From positions 62,001-126,000 of the forward strand of contig CM074807.1 of the NCBI GenBank assembly GCA_037447605.1: a stretch of 64,000 bases of DNA, given 5' to 3'. The DNA comes from Zygnema circumcarinatum SAG 698-1b. Taxonomy: Eukaryota; Plantae; Zygnematophyceae. A program made the translations under genes and the position numbers. The notes under the pieces were generated by a model that saw nothing but the letters and a program-made list of their open reading frames with translations, did not search any database and was not told the origin of the DNA. Shown here piece after piece: positions 26,907-40,390 of this stretch (positions are counted from its first letter, which is position 1; every line of letters begins with the position of its first letter).

Positions 26907-27420
26907 GGAGGGGGAGGGAGGGGGAGGGAGGGGGAGGGAGAGGGAGAGCGGAGGGAGAAACAGCTCTCTCCCTCCCTCCTAGGGCGGAGGAGAGCATGCA
27001 TGCATGCAGCGAGAGCAGCAGCAGCACTTCATTGCCCGCACGAACGAACGAACGCGTCATACTTTATGAACTTGGTATTCCACAAAAGCATTCTTCCTTG
27101 TCTCACATTTACAATTCGCGGGAGAAAGTGGTACCAGCAGCATTCTACTGACAGCGGCACTGCGGGCAGATGAGCTGCAGAGCGCTATGCGTCGCGTCAA
27201 GGCAGCCAGGGGAGACACTTGCAGGCCTGACAGACAGACAGACAGACAGACAGCAACAGCTGCATGTTTGAAGAAAAGTAGGACAATCCGCTCGGCACTG
27301 GCCACCTCTCCGTTGCAATTCGTCCCACGGTCTAACAGAAATGGTCCAAATGAATACGATCCAATCGTGCGCAGCTCCCTGGTCGCTGCCAAAGCTCAGA
27401 CACCAGCGAGGATCCTTCCT

Positions 27421-30070
27421 TTAAGCTGCTCTGTTAGGAGGACTGTGCTTCAGTTTCAAGAGGATCTGCAGGATAAACCATACATGGAGAAGCGGTGAGC
27501 AATCTGTCAAATAACGAAAAATAGCATATCTGATATCTGGCAGAGCTCGACTGTTCAAGTTAAGTAGGCTCTTGATACTATCACATTCACATTCGTGCAG
27601 GACAAGTTTTTCCGGGAGATCCCTTTCACCTCGGATCCAACCCAAAGCGACTTTCTAGACACCACTCCACAGTGGGGAGGCATAGTATCTAAAGGCTAAC
27701 GACGATCTCATGCAGCCTCATCAGTGCAGAAAATAAGGAAGAGCGACAATGTGAAGTCCTCAACATGAACAAGGTCAGCAGGTCACAAACACGCATTGAA
27801 GTGGCCTCGGGGACAAAAGAGAGGGGATATTACCACTTCCCACAGTCACAGAAGAAAACTGGCTGATTAACTCGAATCAAAACACCAAAGAAGCACAAGT
27901 TAAATTTCCTGAGCTACCAATCCTCTTCCCTCTGAAAGACGCATCGAGACATAAAAGGCTTTCTCTCCCACTGATTTGAAAAACACAAACGATGAGCATG
28001 CTGCTCAATGCCTCCTCCATGCAGCACAACAGACCTACCAAAACTCTCCCAACTGCACTCCCTGGGCATCGGGAGCAAATGCTGACCTGACGCATTCTCC
28101 CCTTGTCCGTCTGTTTCCCCTGTTTCGCATCGGCCAGCAAGGTGGAAGTTCGCTGCGGCTCCCCACCCTTGTTCTTTGACTTCGCATCCTTCTTGCCGGC
28201 AGTTGGCAGATCGAAGTTGATGAAGGCAGTCACAGCCTCCCAGTAATTTCCGCCAACTTTTGCGTTCAGACTCTCCAGATTGCCAAAGACGACCTTCTCC
28301 TTCTCCCTGAAACCCCCACCTCATCATGGAATCTCTCTGTGAACAATATATATTTAATTGTTGACGCCTACACGGGATACTGTTCCCGTGATAACTAAGT
28401 AAATACATCAAGCAATGAAGCTCATAGCCCGGACTGCAAGAATCAATTATTTTGACGGTAGTAGTTGTAGTCTACTTCCTATAACTATTTGCTTAGGATA
28501 GGAATCGACTAATCCTTCACGTGTCGTTTTAGCAACTTCACGCTGCTAAAATAACACGTGCGAGTCGCCTTAATCGTGTAGTCGTAACCATGTCGAAGTT
28601 GCTGATGCCTAAATGCCTAAAAGTGCCCCCCCTACCATAGATGACGCACGCTCATTTGCTGAACTAAACCGTACACCAAAAGGTGCGAATATGTCCAAGC
28701 TTCTGATTTTCAACAGTCCAATATACCTAGCTAAAAGGGATGCCGATATTACAGCCCATATCAGAAGAGTGGAAGACTTTACAAAAGCTCACTAAGCTAA
28801 TATTCTCTCTGTACGCCTGCACAGAACCTTTCCACTTCAGGCAGTTATGGCACTCTCATGAACTGGTCGTCCTGGGAACAGCCTGAAGAGGTTCAATGAA
28901 TGCAGAAATTCGTAGTGCAAAGTGCACTTAAGTGGCCAGCCATGGCCGGCTATGCAATTTATTGCTTCAAGAAAAAGTGCTAGTGATGCTGATGAAACAT
29001 ACCGGTTGTTGACCTTCGCTTGTGAAATTGTCAGCTCGCGCTTCTTATAGAAGCTCTCTTGTTCTTTTTTCGCAGACACTACAATCTGCAATCACTGAGT
29101 CGCAACCTGGTCAGCAAAACGTCCATGACACGAAGAGGTCCTGATACATTTCACACAAACAAACACTCTTCAAATTCGATTTTTCCAGACCCGCAGTCAC
29201 AACACCAAATACGAGCACCGTCCACATCTTCTTCCAGGCCATCCATTTATTTAAATGTAGTGATCTGTTGTAAACACCAAAACTCGAGAACCAGTAATAG
29301 GATCCTATCCTCCTTTCAAAATGATGAAGATGCACACACCTCGTCGTGCTTCTGTTGAGAAAGGTGAGCTTTCTCCTCCAATTCCTGCCCTCTCTTCTGC
29401 CGCCATTCTCTGCCACATCCAATCAGCGGCCAACTAAGGTTGACCATTTTGCGACTGGCGGGAACAGATTTTGCCATGAAGGACAGACTACGAGAAACTA
29501 CATGCATTAATAAAATAAGGTAGAGCTCATAGATCTGAATCTCCTACTATCCAAAAAATTGTTGGACTCTCATGGGAAGGACCGACAAAATAAATCACCC
29601 AAAAACACAAAATCCGGCAATGAAAACACCTTGCGTTGCTGCAGATGCCCAAACATGCTGCCACCTGCTTTTATCACATGAGAGACGGGGACCTATCCGT
29701 CGCTCACAACACAACCAAACCTCCTTACGTTCTGCGGCGTTCCAAAAAATCTATAATCCGTCGTCTCAATATTCAAGCTGAACCTTTACTGGTTCTATGC
29801 GAGATGCTCGGACAGAAAAAAGGGCCATCTAATCCTCGATCTGTTGCAAACTACGCACCTCAGAAGAAGAGACTCTTCAGGCTCCATCTGCATAGGAGGT
29901 GGCAGAATCGGGCCACCATTCACAAACTCGTCGTCCAGCATACCGTTGCCTGCTGCTGCTGCAGGGGGGTTGTACTCTCCTGCTTCCTCGCCATACCCGT
30001 CCTGCAAGCCCTCACCTTCATACTGATCGTACGAAGGCTCGGGGTTGCCGTAGTCGAACATGCTGGCCAT
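27421..30070 (-). CDS. CLC: Clathrin light chain, 5 exons
   Basis: MASMFDYG..GGPILPPPMQMEPEESLLLR | EWRQKRGQELEEKAHLSQQKHDE | IVVSAKKEQESFYKKRELTISQAKVNNR | EKEKVVFGNLES..YWEAVTAFINFDLP..GKQTDKGRMRQ | ILLKLKHSPPNRAA*. Matches plant CLC motifs (GPILPPP.EM, LREWR, NNRE.E, D.SRMRQILLKLK). Confidence 0.93.
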
Positions 30071-30331
30071 GGCGCGCCGGAAATAGACCGCGCTCTCAAC
30101 TGCCCTCCTCCCTGCTGGCCCTTCCCCTTCCCTTCCCTTTCCGCTGAAGGAAGGCTGCAGGCGCGCGCGAACGGCCCCTTCCCTTCCCCTTCCCCCCCCG
30201 TGTCAGCCGGCCCCGCCCGCCCGCCCGCCGTCGGGAGGACTGAGGGAGCGCCGCGTGCGAACGGTCCGGCCGGCCGTCGTCGCTGCCCAACTGCTCGCTC
30301 GCTCGGAGGGAGGAAGGTGGTGGGACTCATC

Positions 30332-30408
30332 GCATGGCATGGCATAGTATGGCATGGCATAGTATGGCATGGCATAGTATGGCATGGCATAGTATGGCAT
30401 GGCATGGC
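30332..30408. repeat. CATGG-derived array with a 15-bp higher-order unit (GGCATAGTATGGCAT), upstream of CLC
   Basis: Four 15-bp units flanked by CATGG units. Confidence 0.9.
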
Positions 30409-30854
30409 TCGTGATGCAGCCGGCCATGTCATCGCATGCTTCAGGACTCGGCGAAGGCATGCTCAAACGAAGAGGCGAAGAGAGGGGAGGAGAGGAGAGA
30501 AGAGTCTGAGAGCTGAGGAGGAGCAGGCGGGCTCAACCGGCAGGGCAGGACAGTGAGTGTGACGCTCAAGCAGCAGGGGTCGCGAACTGATATGCCGATG
30601 TAAACAGGGAGCGCCACCTTTCATGGGGACCACGGGAAGGGGGGCTGAACGAGGTTTGTTGCGAGACACGGACACATAAGCCATGGAGGCCAACAATCAT
30701 GAACTATACACGCACGAGAGCCGAGATTGGCATATTACTCTCAAGCACCTGCCCTGCACCTCATCAGAGGAACAAAATGAACAATCGAAAAGTTGCAACT
30801 GAAACGGTAAAAGTTGTTCTCTGAAGTTAGATGCCACTCAGGGAAAGCGACATT

Positions 30855-33800
30855 TCACTTTCCCTGATTCGCAAGGCCTGTCTCAATCCGTCTGATCTCG
30901 AAAATGAGCATGCGCCACATTTTAAGGACGAACATCTCCGCCTCGTCGTCAAGGATGGGCTCGAGCAGCTCCAGCATGGCGGCGCCCGTGACGTGCTCCT
31001 GCGTGTTGCGCACGATGAAGTCCACCAGAGTCATCTCCTCCTCACCCAAAAATTCCTTAATCTTCCGTTGAATCCAGGGCCGCATTCTCGAGTGCAGGTT
31101 ATGCTGCGCCATTCACATTTACACGCGTGAGCGAAGCAAAAACTCACTTCAGAAGTGAATGGAGAGGAGGCTTCTGTCGCATGGACTCAGAGAAGCTCCA
31201 AAATATCCAACACTGACTTCGCAAAACAACCCCCAAGCACGACCAATCCTGAAGGTAAGCATTTTCCTTCGCAATCTCCCCGAACATCAACGGTTGTGGC
31301 ACAAGAAGCAGACAAATCGGGCTCACTTGAAGCCTGAAGCCCCATCCCCTTCAAAAGAAAACTACTGCAGTTGACCCGCCTTTCAATGCCATACTCGGCA
31401 GCTTTAATCATTCAGCAAAGGAAGGGCCCGACACAGTTGGACGAACATCAGAGGAGAATTAAATCCATCACAGGATGAACGCTCAACCTCGGTGCACAAA
31501 TCAAAATGCTCATCATATGCTCCATCACCTATGTCTGGGCCCAAACTGTTGGCTTGGCAGCCCCCAAGCACGTCCCCTTGTTTTCGAAAGCGGAAAGAAC
31601 CGGGAGTAGCTTAGCTCACCTTGTCATAGATGTCCCAATCGACAGGATAACTGAAGAGCTCCTCTTTAGTTTTCGGGATTGTATCGATTAGAGATTTTGC
31701 GTCTCTGAAAGGCTTCACTTCGCTCGTCTTTGCCTTCCTTTCTTCCTTCCTACCTCTATCTGAATCACTTGCCCGGACCTTGTCCTGCTGTCTATGCTCC
31801 GCCTCCTCCTTCGGCTCTTTCCCAGGCGTGCCAGCACCCCCCCCCACAATCTGTGAGAGACGCTTTGCATACTCCGCAGCAGCCGCAATATTGGCCACCA
31901 TGCCATCACCTCCCCCAACGGGAGGGGCTGCTGTAGCTGACTGAACCCCAGGCCCCGAGCTGGGCCAAACGCCGCCAAACTCCACTTCTTCTCCATAGTC
32001 AATAGGCACAAGCGGCCGCATCTTGTCCACCTTCACGGTGTCATCTTCTTCCTCTCCAAAGGCTGCTGCAAGCGACAGCTTGCTCGAACCAGGGAGACCA
32101 AAGCCGAGCTTCTTCTTCGCCTCTGCAGCTCTTGCACTCTCGAAAGAAGTCAAAGAACCTTCTTTTTCGATCTTTATTAGTGGGCGACCATTGCTGACAA
32201 TGACTTCTTCTGCACATGACGTGTAGAAATACAGGCGTGTCAGTCGGCAGGTCAGATCGGTCAACTGTGGCGTATTTTGCCACAATCAGCATCCGGAGAA
32301 ACAAAAAAACAAACCCACAGCAGACTAAAGAGCGTGCGTGCTGCCACCGAGAGACACTCTGCGGTTGCTCCTTACTCTTGGGCCCCTCTGCCTCCATCTC
32401 TCGCTCCCGTGCCTGCGCTGTCGCTTCGCGCACCAAAGTCGCGGCTACAGGCACAGGCAAAGGTGCCTCCTCAGGAAGAACAGGCAGTGTTCTGGCCAAG
32501 GGAACGGCAGGCAGAGCTCCGCTGGGTGCAGGCATTGGCAGGCGGGGGAGGGGAGGGGGGGCGGCAGCAATGGGACTGGCTGGCCTGACAGCAGCAGGGA
32601 GGATCAACGGAGGTAGGACCACAGGTGGTATTTCGAGCTTCACGAATGTGGTGGTGGGCAGTGGGGACACAGAAGCATCAGCCATCTGGGCGTCTTCGTC
32701 TGCTACATGGCCGTTTTCACGCGAAGGTTGAGCTCTTGCTTCCACTTCCATAGCTGTTGCAGCATCAACGCGTAAAGCAGCTTTTGTCTCCTCTTCTAGC
32801 CGTCTCCTTTTCGCCTCTGCAAGCTCTTGCTCCTCCTTTAATGCATCCATCTCGTCATCTTCTTCTTCTCTCATCCTTCTCCTTGCTGCCTCTTCACCAA
32901 GATGTCCATGACGCCTCCGCCACTCATCCTCCTCGGATTCCTCTTCTTGTTCCTTGATTGTGTGCCTCCTTTCTCGCTCCCTTTCCTTCTCTCGCTCCCT
33001 GTCATGCTGTCGCCGCCTCTCCATTTCTTTCTCCCTTTTCTCCCAATCGCTCTCTTTATCTGCATAAAGCCTTTCAGCATCTCGATGCGACCGCTCGCGC
33101 TCTCTCTCCCGCCGCGTCCTTTCACGCTCTCTCTCACGCTCGATGCGGGCGTACTCTGTTTCCTTTTCCTCGTGCTCACGAGCTTTTTCCTTCTCTCTGT
33201 GACTACTCCTCTTTCTCCTGTCTGCTGACATGGCGTCCTCTTTCTCCCCCTCCAGAGTCACCTTCTGCTCGCTGTCTGTGTCACCGGCCTTATGGGCGGG
33301 CTCTCCTGCAAACGATAGGCACATGGAAAGCACGACGAGTGAAGCATGAGCGGGAGATGTGGCAGCTTGACTGTCAGATAGCCCTGTCCCATCCAACAGT
33401 GCAGCATGCATCGATTCACATCAGCCACAACGACCAAGTGATTTCTTGGTATTGCCGGGCAACTCACCGTGTTTTGCAGCTTCAGAGCTATCTTTCAGTC
33501 TCTGGGTTGCTTTCAACGCTGCTGTAACTTCTGAAGGGAGAGATGGGGGTGGGGGAGGAAGTAGCTTGACTCTGCAAACCCAGATACCGACGATGTGTGA
33601 GATGGTATTGCAATTCCAAGAGCCCGCCCAAGTCAAACTCCATACTTCAAGTCAAAAGGCACAGATGGACCCTGGGCTGGCTAGTGGTGATTCCTAGTGC
33701 TGACAACAACACTACCAGTGATTGATTCCAACTCTTAAAGAGCAAAGAGGCACTTTTATGCATATGGATTTGAAAGCTGACCTTTCATCCACCATCCTCT

Positions 33801-36696
33801 TAATCTCCTTAAGTGCCTCTTCATCTCCTTCTCTGTCACTGATAAGGACCAAACCCAATTTCCGAGACGCTTCTTCCTTCAACTCTTCGTCTGTCTCCTT
33901 CAACTTCTCTTTCCCGTGCTCCCCTCCTTCACGTTTGTCATTGCCAGCCTTTGTCTCGTGTCTCTCCCCAAGAAACTCAGGCGCCTTCTCTGAAACACCT
34001 GCCTTCTCGTCACCAGGGACTTTTTCTTCATGTTGCTTTTCTGAGAGGTCCTGTGAAACTGCTTCACGAGGACCGTCGCTCTGTTTATCACCCCGCTCAT
34101 CTTTGAGGAGCAAGCCGATTGGCTCCCTCTCCTTATCTTTCAACGGCTCATCGGCACCATCTGCAGGCTCCTTCTTCTCCTCTGCTTCTTCAATCCTCGG
34201 GCCGGTTGATACTTGCCGTTTCTTTGCAACATATCGCTCAAGGTAGTCCCGCGTAGCTTGGTTCACATTCAACTGCACCATCCAAAAAATCTCACTTAGA
34301 ATCGAAGTTCATGACCAGAAATCACCAGTAGGTCAAATTTGAACAACAGAAAACAGCACCTTCGGAGAGTCAGATGACCATGGACTTAGCTGACATGCCA
34401 AAGAATGAACAGTTATGATCGCAACTGAATATTTTCCGTCTCGGACTTTGAACCACTGTCATTACTTAGACAAATGCAGAAATTAACCCCAGCTGGCCAG
34501 AAAACGTACCACAAGTTCCTGCCCCTCCAAAGAAAACTTATTCAGCAGACGCAGGGCCCTCAGTACACCTTCAGCAGATTCAAACTCGCAAAATCCAAAC
34601 CCCTTCGGAACTTGGGTCGAAGGATCTTGTGCTCGCTTCCAGCTCTTAATGGTGCCACAAAGCTGCAAATGGAGAAAGACCTTGGTAGAGGTCAATCGCA
34701 TATCTGACTAGTTCTGCCTTCCCAAAGATATCCCTCACAGCAACAAGTATTGACCAGCCTTAGCTACCTTTCCCTTTCAATCTTGCTGTTGTGTAATGGT
34801 CTCATGCCGTGACTCACCTCCAGGACTTTCTTTAAAAATGCATCGTCCACTGTAGGTGCAATCTTCCCAACGTAGAGAGTCGTATGCGGCTTCTCTGGAA
34901 GAGGTAAAGGTGCAAGCTGCCCGACAGCTTTTGCTGCTATTTCTGCCAGCGAGTAACTGCCAGGTGGCCTAGTGCCCATTGGAACTGGAAGAGACACTGG
35001 CCGCGGTGCCATGCTGCTGTTGACAGGCGGACCACTTAGAGGCCTGGAAAGAGGCATGGACGAGGGCAGCATGGAAGGCGGCCGACCATGCATGCCCGGA
35101 TGTGGGCGCAGCATCGGGTTGTACGGAGGAGGTCCATATCGAGGAAGCATTCCTGCAGTGCCAGGGCCAACGACTGTGGCACCCTGTATCAGATCTAAGG
35201 TCGCTACAAGACAAGAAAAATACTCCTCTCTCCAGTATACGTCCTTCAAGGGTCAATGGGTTGACTGAGTAGCTTACCCATCAAGGCATGGACAACAAAT
35301 GGACATGTGAGTCCATATGAAGCTTAAGAAGGGCCCAGCCTCGAACCACTAGAACAAGTCTCAGAACGCAACTCCCATGCGGAGGCGGTTTTGGAACTCA
35401 CCTCCAGCAAGCATATGGAATGAAAGCGCCCGTCATTTCGATGCAACTATTGTTCACATGGTCTGCTAGTGCAGTACTCATAACATGCCAGAAAGTGACT
35501 TTAGGTATAAGGGAAGCACCTGCTCTTTCCAAAATACTCATTACTACTGTGTGTCTAATAAGAGCCAATTTCAACCCAAGCTCCGGCAGGGACTATAGCT
35601 TCAAGGATGGGCAGCTTCTGAAAAGCTGCACATCCACAAGTCGTCAGCCATATCAGCACTCTTGCGGACAAGCTGCTATCCGCGATAGTCGGGGAGGCAT
35701 GTGCATCTCGAACTCCGGTGGGACTACACCATAAGCTCATGCCCGAGATTGAGTTTGAAGTTCATTCATGCAGGAAACGTAGTTCAGATAAAGGGACAAC
35801 CTGGCTATCGAGAGTGGTCAAATAAAGCAAACAATTCCCGACGCAAAATTGTAAAAAGCTCATTCCCTTGTCGGATCCTGGCATTAGATTTTGCTGTGCT
35901 CAGCGTGGTTCCAAAAAGTGATTTCAAACCACGTGCTTTCGAGTCGAAGAAGCTGTTGGACAGGATTTAACCGCCTCTGGCCATGACAGCAGATGACATT
36001 CTCGGAAGGCAACACCTTAAGACGAAAACTGAAAACCTCAGACTTGGGGGAGTTAAGGCATACCACAACAGATGCTGATGGATCTTAACTCGACGCGCTC
36101 TTCCCAGCATGGCCGCGACACGATTCAGAGCTGTGAGAGAAAACAGCCCGTCATGGACTAAGCAGTCTTACATGTTTGCCGTCTTGACCGCTTCTGTGAA
36201 AGACTGATGCTATGTGAACTAAACGGTGGAAGTCCCTTCTCGCCTCTTGTACTAAGAATCCTCCCTTGCCCATCAAGCAATTCGGCGAAGCGACTGCTTC
36301 ACTAAAGCTAGGTTAACTGAAAGAAAAGTTGAAGTTTACGTTAGTATGGCGGAACCTAGCAGGATGTCGTATACGGAGGTTGTGCTGTGTCAATCCTTGA
36401 AATCAGTCTACATATCCCTGTCAGAGTTACTTTGTCAATATTCGTGGATTTAGTTCCTTCAGATAGATGGTGGTCACCTCGAAATAGCTTCGAAAGCACT
36501 TACCTCCCAAGGGGGGCCTTCCCAGCAGCGGCGGTGGAGGAGCGCTGGAGTAGCCAGACGTTGGCGGTGGAGCGAATGGCAGGGCGCCCGAGAAGGGTGC
36601 GCCCGAACTCGGTGGCCCCAGAGGCCTCGCTCCCATGCTGCTGGGACCCGTGGAGGGCTGCTGGCTTGTGCCAGGCGCCGCCCCATACGGATTCAT
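30855..36696 (-). CDS. RBM25: RNA-binding protein 25 (RRM, RE/RD-rich region, PWI domain); multi-exon
   Basis: Pro-rich N-terminus (ATG 36696); RRM PHTTLYVGKIAPTVDDAFLKKVLE | LCGTIKSWKRAQDPSTQVPKGFGFCEFESAEGVLRALRLLNKFSLEGQELV; long R/E-rich tract; PWI AKSLIDTIPKTKEELFSYPVDWDIYDK | HNLHSRMRPWIQRKIKEFLGEEEMTLVDFI..LDDEAEMFVLKMWRMLIFEI; stop 30855-30857. Confidence 0.96.
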
Positions 36697-37451
36697 CTCT
36701 GCAACCTTTCTTCACAAAGCACCTCCGTCTCCTGTGCAGCGTTGTCTTCTCATCCGCAGCGTTCGCAGAGTGTGGAGAGAAAGAGCAAGTGATGGAGGAG
36801 CTCCGTTGTCGACGAAAGCAATAAAAGGGAAACAGAAAAATCTAACGAGAGCTAATGAAGGTAAAGTCAAAAACGTGGTGGGAGCTCCGGAGAGTCCATA
36901 CGAGCAATGACAGTTTAGAGAGAGAGCTTTGGAAGCCAGTTACAGAGAGCAAAACTTTAAGTCAAAGGCCAGCTGGGCTAGTCGAAAAGCTATCAAGAAG
37001 GAAAAAACGAGCCTGCCTTGAAAGCTAAGCAGATCTGCAGAGAAGCGCCATGTTGGGAAAGTCAAGTGCCTGCCAGGACTCCTCCGCTGCGCGCGCAGGC
37101 GGCCATGGCCGAGCGCTGCGCGGGAGTAGAAGCTAATGCGTTTAGGAACGGGAGCGGTTTTAGGGCGCGAGGGGCGGGGCGGAAGGGCGGGGCGTGGCCG
37201 CCGGGCGGGTTCAGGAGCCCGCGCGTCTCCCTCGGCGTCGTCGCCATGGCCGCTGCTCGCTAGGACAGGCAGCGGCGATGGCAGCAGCAGGGAGAGCAAG
37301 GTGCGCTGCGGATCCGTCCGCTGCGTCTAGGTGAGGTGAAGGGGTGGAGATTCCATGGCGGAGTGCCTATCTGCAGGAGGAGAGGGGCGTCGTGCGGCGT
37401 GGAGGTAGCAGAATCGCTGTCTTGGAGGACGAGGTTTCAGGAGGCGGAGAG

Positions 37452-39204
37452 ATGGAGGGGGCTGGTCAGACTGCAGGAAGCGCAGCGCAGTTTGTGGAGG
37501 GCTTCCGTATGGCAATCACAACAACTCTTGGAGAGAAGTTTGAAGGGGAGGTCTTGACGTTTGACAATGTGTCAAACAGTGTCGTTCTTCATATCCTACT
37601 CTGCTGGCTGTGGTTTTTTCATGAAATGTGCTCCTGGATACTTTGGGGTTTGCTTCTTATTGAAGCGATGGATGTTGTGGCTGAAAGTTGGCGAGAATGG
37701 CGTCCATGTGCTGCCAATTTACTTGTTCCACCATCGGAATGAAGTAAAGACCTAGCTTTAGTTCAATGGGGGTTTTTTCCTTAACTGATAATTCACAGGA
37801 TATAGGCAGCAGCGGGTTGAAGAGAAATCTTCGTTTTCTGAGAGCGAACTGCATTAAGGACTCTAAATATATTGGACGTGGCAGTGAGCCATTCGAGTTC
37901 CAAGTTCCTCAAATTGATCTCACTCAATTACGGGCGAAGGAAGAAGCTGCAATCAGGTGAGGTCATTGCAATTAGGGGGCTCGAGGTGCTGATATGGAGA
38001 TGGAGGTCTGCAACTGATCCATGCCAATCTGCTAAACTCCGTGCAATCTTTTTTGAGGGGAATGCAGTGAGCTAACTTCATTGCTTGCCTGGGACCCGGT
38101 TGGCCTAAATCAGAAGAATCCAGCTGATTGCTTCCAGAGCAAAATACTTACCGGGTTTTGCGAATTGCGCGGACAGGATTGGACGTGTGTTTGTTAGTTG
38201 TGCCAAGTTCAATCGGTTTAAAGTGACCACTGTTGCGCATGGATGGAACAGAATGAACCAGATATTGCAGTTGCCATGCATGCAAGATCACGTGTTTAGA
38301 CTGTTGTCGGGACTGTCAGCACTAGTGCCATTGCAGGTGCAAGTGCAAGTTCAACGAACATTAAGTTGTTGGCATGACCTGGGATCGGCCATGTGCAGAC
38401 AAGCAGAGGCTGACGCAGAAAGAATTGGTGTGGGAGTGTCCCAGGAGGCACAGGACTTATTTGATGCCTTGTCCAAAACGTACGTCTCTAGACCTTATTC
38501 ATCCTAGCAATTTGTAAAATTTAGCTTAGCTGTGTTTAGCTGAACTGGAAAAAAGCCCTGAGTGAATTTCAGCAGAAAGTGTATGATAGTCACGGCATTG
38601 ATGATGTTGGTGATGTTATTTTGTTCAGGTCGCATCAACCATACTCAATGTGGTTTACACCTGTCTGTGAAATGGCTCTTGTACAACAGGTTACCTGTAA
38701 GGTGGGACAAAAGCACCATTGTTGTGATGGACGAGGTCAGAGTTAGCAGTCCCCATACTCCAGATAATGTATCTGGCGGATCAGCAGCCGCCATGGATCG
38801 TGTGAGGAAAGTTGTAAGTTCCAAATCATCGCTTCAGTCTTCTGCAGGATAATCTCGGTTTTTGCTGAGAACAAAGTCAGTACATTTCTGGCTTTAGGGG
38901 TACCACGCTGACAAGTTAGCTTCTGCCCTATTTTCCCATCCTACATGGTTTCAGACTAGCCGTGTTGATTTTCTCACTTGCTCCCACGTTGTTCTTCATG
39001 CCATTGAATGATGTGATCTGCCAATCAGCTTGGCTCTATATAATGTTGAAGTAGAGAGTACAAACGCGCGGAAAGTGTTTGAACCCTGCATTCCAATCTG
39101 CAGAAGTTGATTTTGGAGGTTCTCCTCCTTTTGCTGTTCGCTTACTCTGCTTCTTGCAGCTTGAATTGGAGCGGAGGCGACTTCAAGAGCGCTCCTCAAC
39201 TTGA
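37452..39204 (+). CDS. LSM12: LSM12 homolog (Lsm domain plus anticodon-binding AD domain), 5 exons, 182 aa
   Basis: Exons 37452-37590, 37797-37956, 38399-38479, 38690-38813 and 39160-39204 give an open 549-nt frame: MEGAG..TTTLGEKFEGEVLTFDNVSNSVVLQDIGSSGLKRNLRFLRANCI..RQAEADAERIGVGVSQEAQDLFDALSKTLPVRWDKSTIVVMDEVRVSSPH..AAMDRVRKVLELERRRLQERSST*. Confidence 0.95.
37591..37796 (+). other. U12-type (minor spliceosome) AT-AC intron, LSM12 intron 1
   Basis: 5' site ATATCCT at 37591, branch point TCCTTAAC at 37778-37785, 3' AC at 37795-37796. Removing it restores the frame (C|AG = Gln). Confidence 0.92.
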
Positions 39205-40390
39205 AATGCCCCTACAAAGCAGCGGTTTCATTTCTGCGATGGAGTGGGCAGACAGCTATTGTTTCGGTCATTCTTATCTCGAAATGGAAGCACGCAAAAT
39301 TGCTGAGGGGTCTTAAGTTGTGTACGCTGCCGGCTCTAGATTGCGTCATTTTTGGCATAGCTCAAAGCTCAGTGTAGCTCCATTTGCGGAGTGCATGCTC
39401 GCGTCTCGACCCAATTTGATGTGACAATGAGGCGATCGCATCATGTACACTGATGGCTACGTATTCCGTCAATGGCGGTAGAGCACAGCATGGCATAGTT
39501 GCCGCGAAGAGGTCCTGTTCAATACTCACTTAGAAATTGGAGCATTTTTCCCTAGTAGCTGTTCTGAATCACGCCTTTTGGCCATGTGGATGGTCTGCCA
39601 TCAGTATCTCCAAGGAAGCCGCCCGCAGACTAGAACTGGGGGCTCCCTTGCTGCGTAGGGTCCGAACCCATGGCTGCTTGTGATGGGAGTGAAGTGATCC
39701 AGATGTCTGCGTCCGCGGTTCAGCCATGGCAGCCACGCAGTAGGGCATGGGCATGGGCATGGGCATGGCCACTTCTGGTATCAGCTTTTGCAGCTCATTT
39801 TTGAACTTTTGCAGAAAACCCAATAACTTTATTATTGCAATGAATCCATCCTGAACATATGCAGCCCTTGCGCGGAAGGTCGTCATTTTACCAACCAAAT
39901 CGTCCCCAAGAAAAGCCACCTGCTTTGTTTTGAACGACTGGCGGCCAGACGACCTCAGAGAGAGGGAGGGAGTCGTGGACGAGCGAATATCGTATCGTAC
40001 CGTACTGTTTCGGGTTTCGTGTCGTACCGTATCGGAATATCCGACGGAACAGCCCACGGACCCGCGTGGGCGGTTGACTCGAGGCGCGACACGTCACAGG
40101 CGCCCTCCCATTGGTCGAGAGGGCAGGCCCCGGTACGCCATTGGCCCGCCCAGGCGACCTGCCTGACCGGCCTTGACCCGACGGGGGCGGCGGGCGAGAG
40201 GGAGCGAGGGAGAGAGGAGAGAGTGAGAGAGGAGAAAGAGAGGGGGGAGAGAGAGAGGCAAGCAGGGCGGTCAGCAATTGCTATTGCCTTATCAGATGCC
40301 ATTATTCCTTTCACATACTTAGAATCATTCTGATCGACAGCGTGTTTTAGAAGGCGCAGAGGACACAGGGCGCGAGTGAGAAGGGAGGCC

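Noticed and set aside
28613-28795. 60-aa + strand ORF in a CLC intron
   Set aside because: Length is within chance expectation, with no supporting splice or promoter signals.
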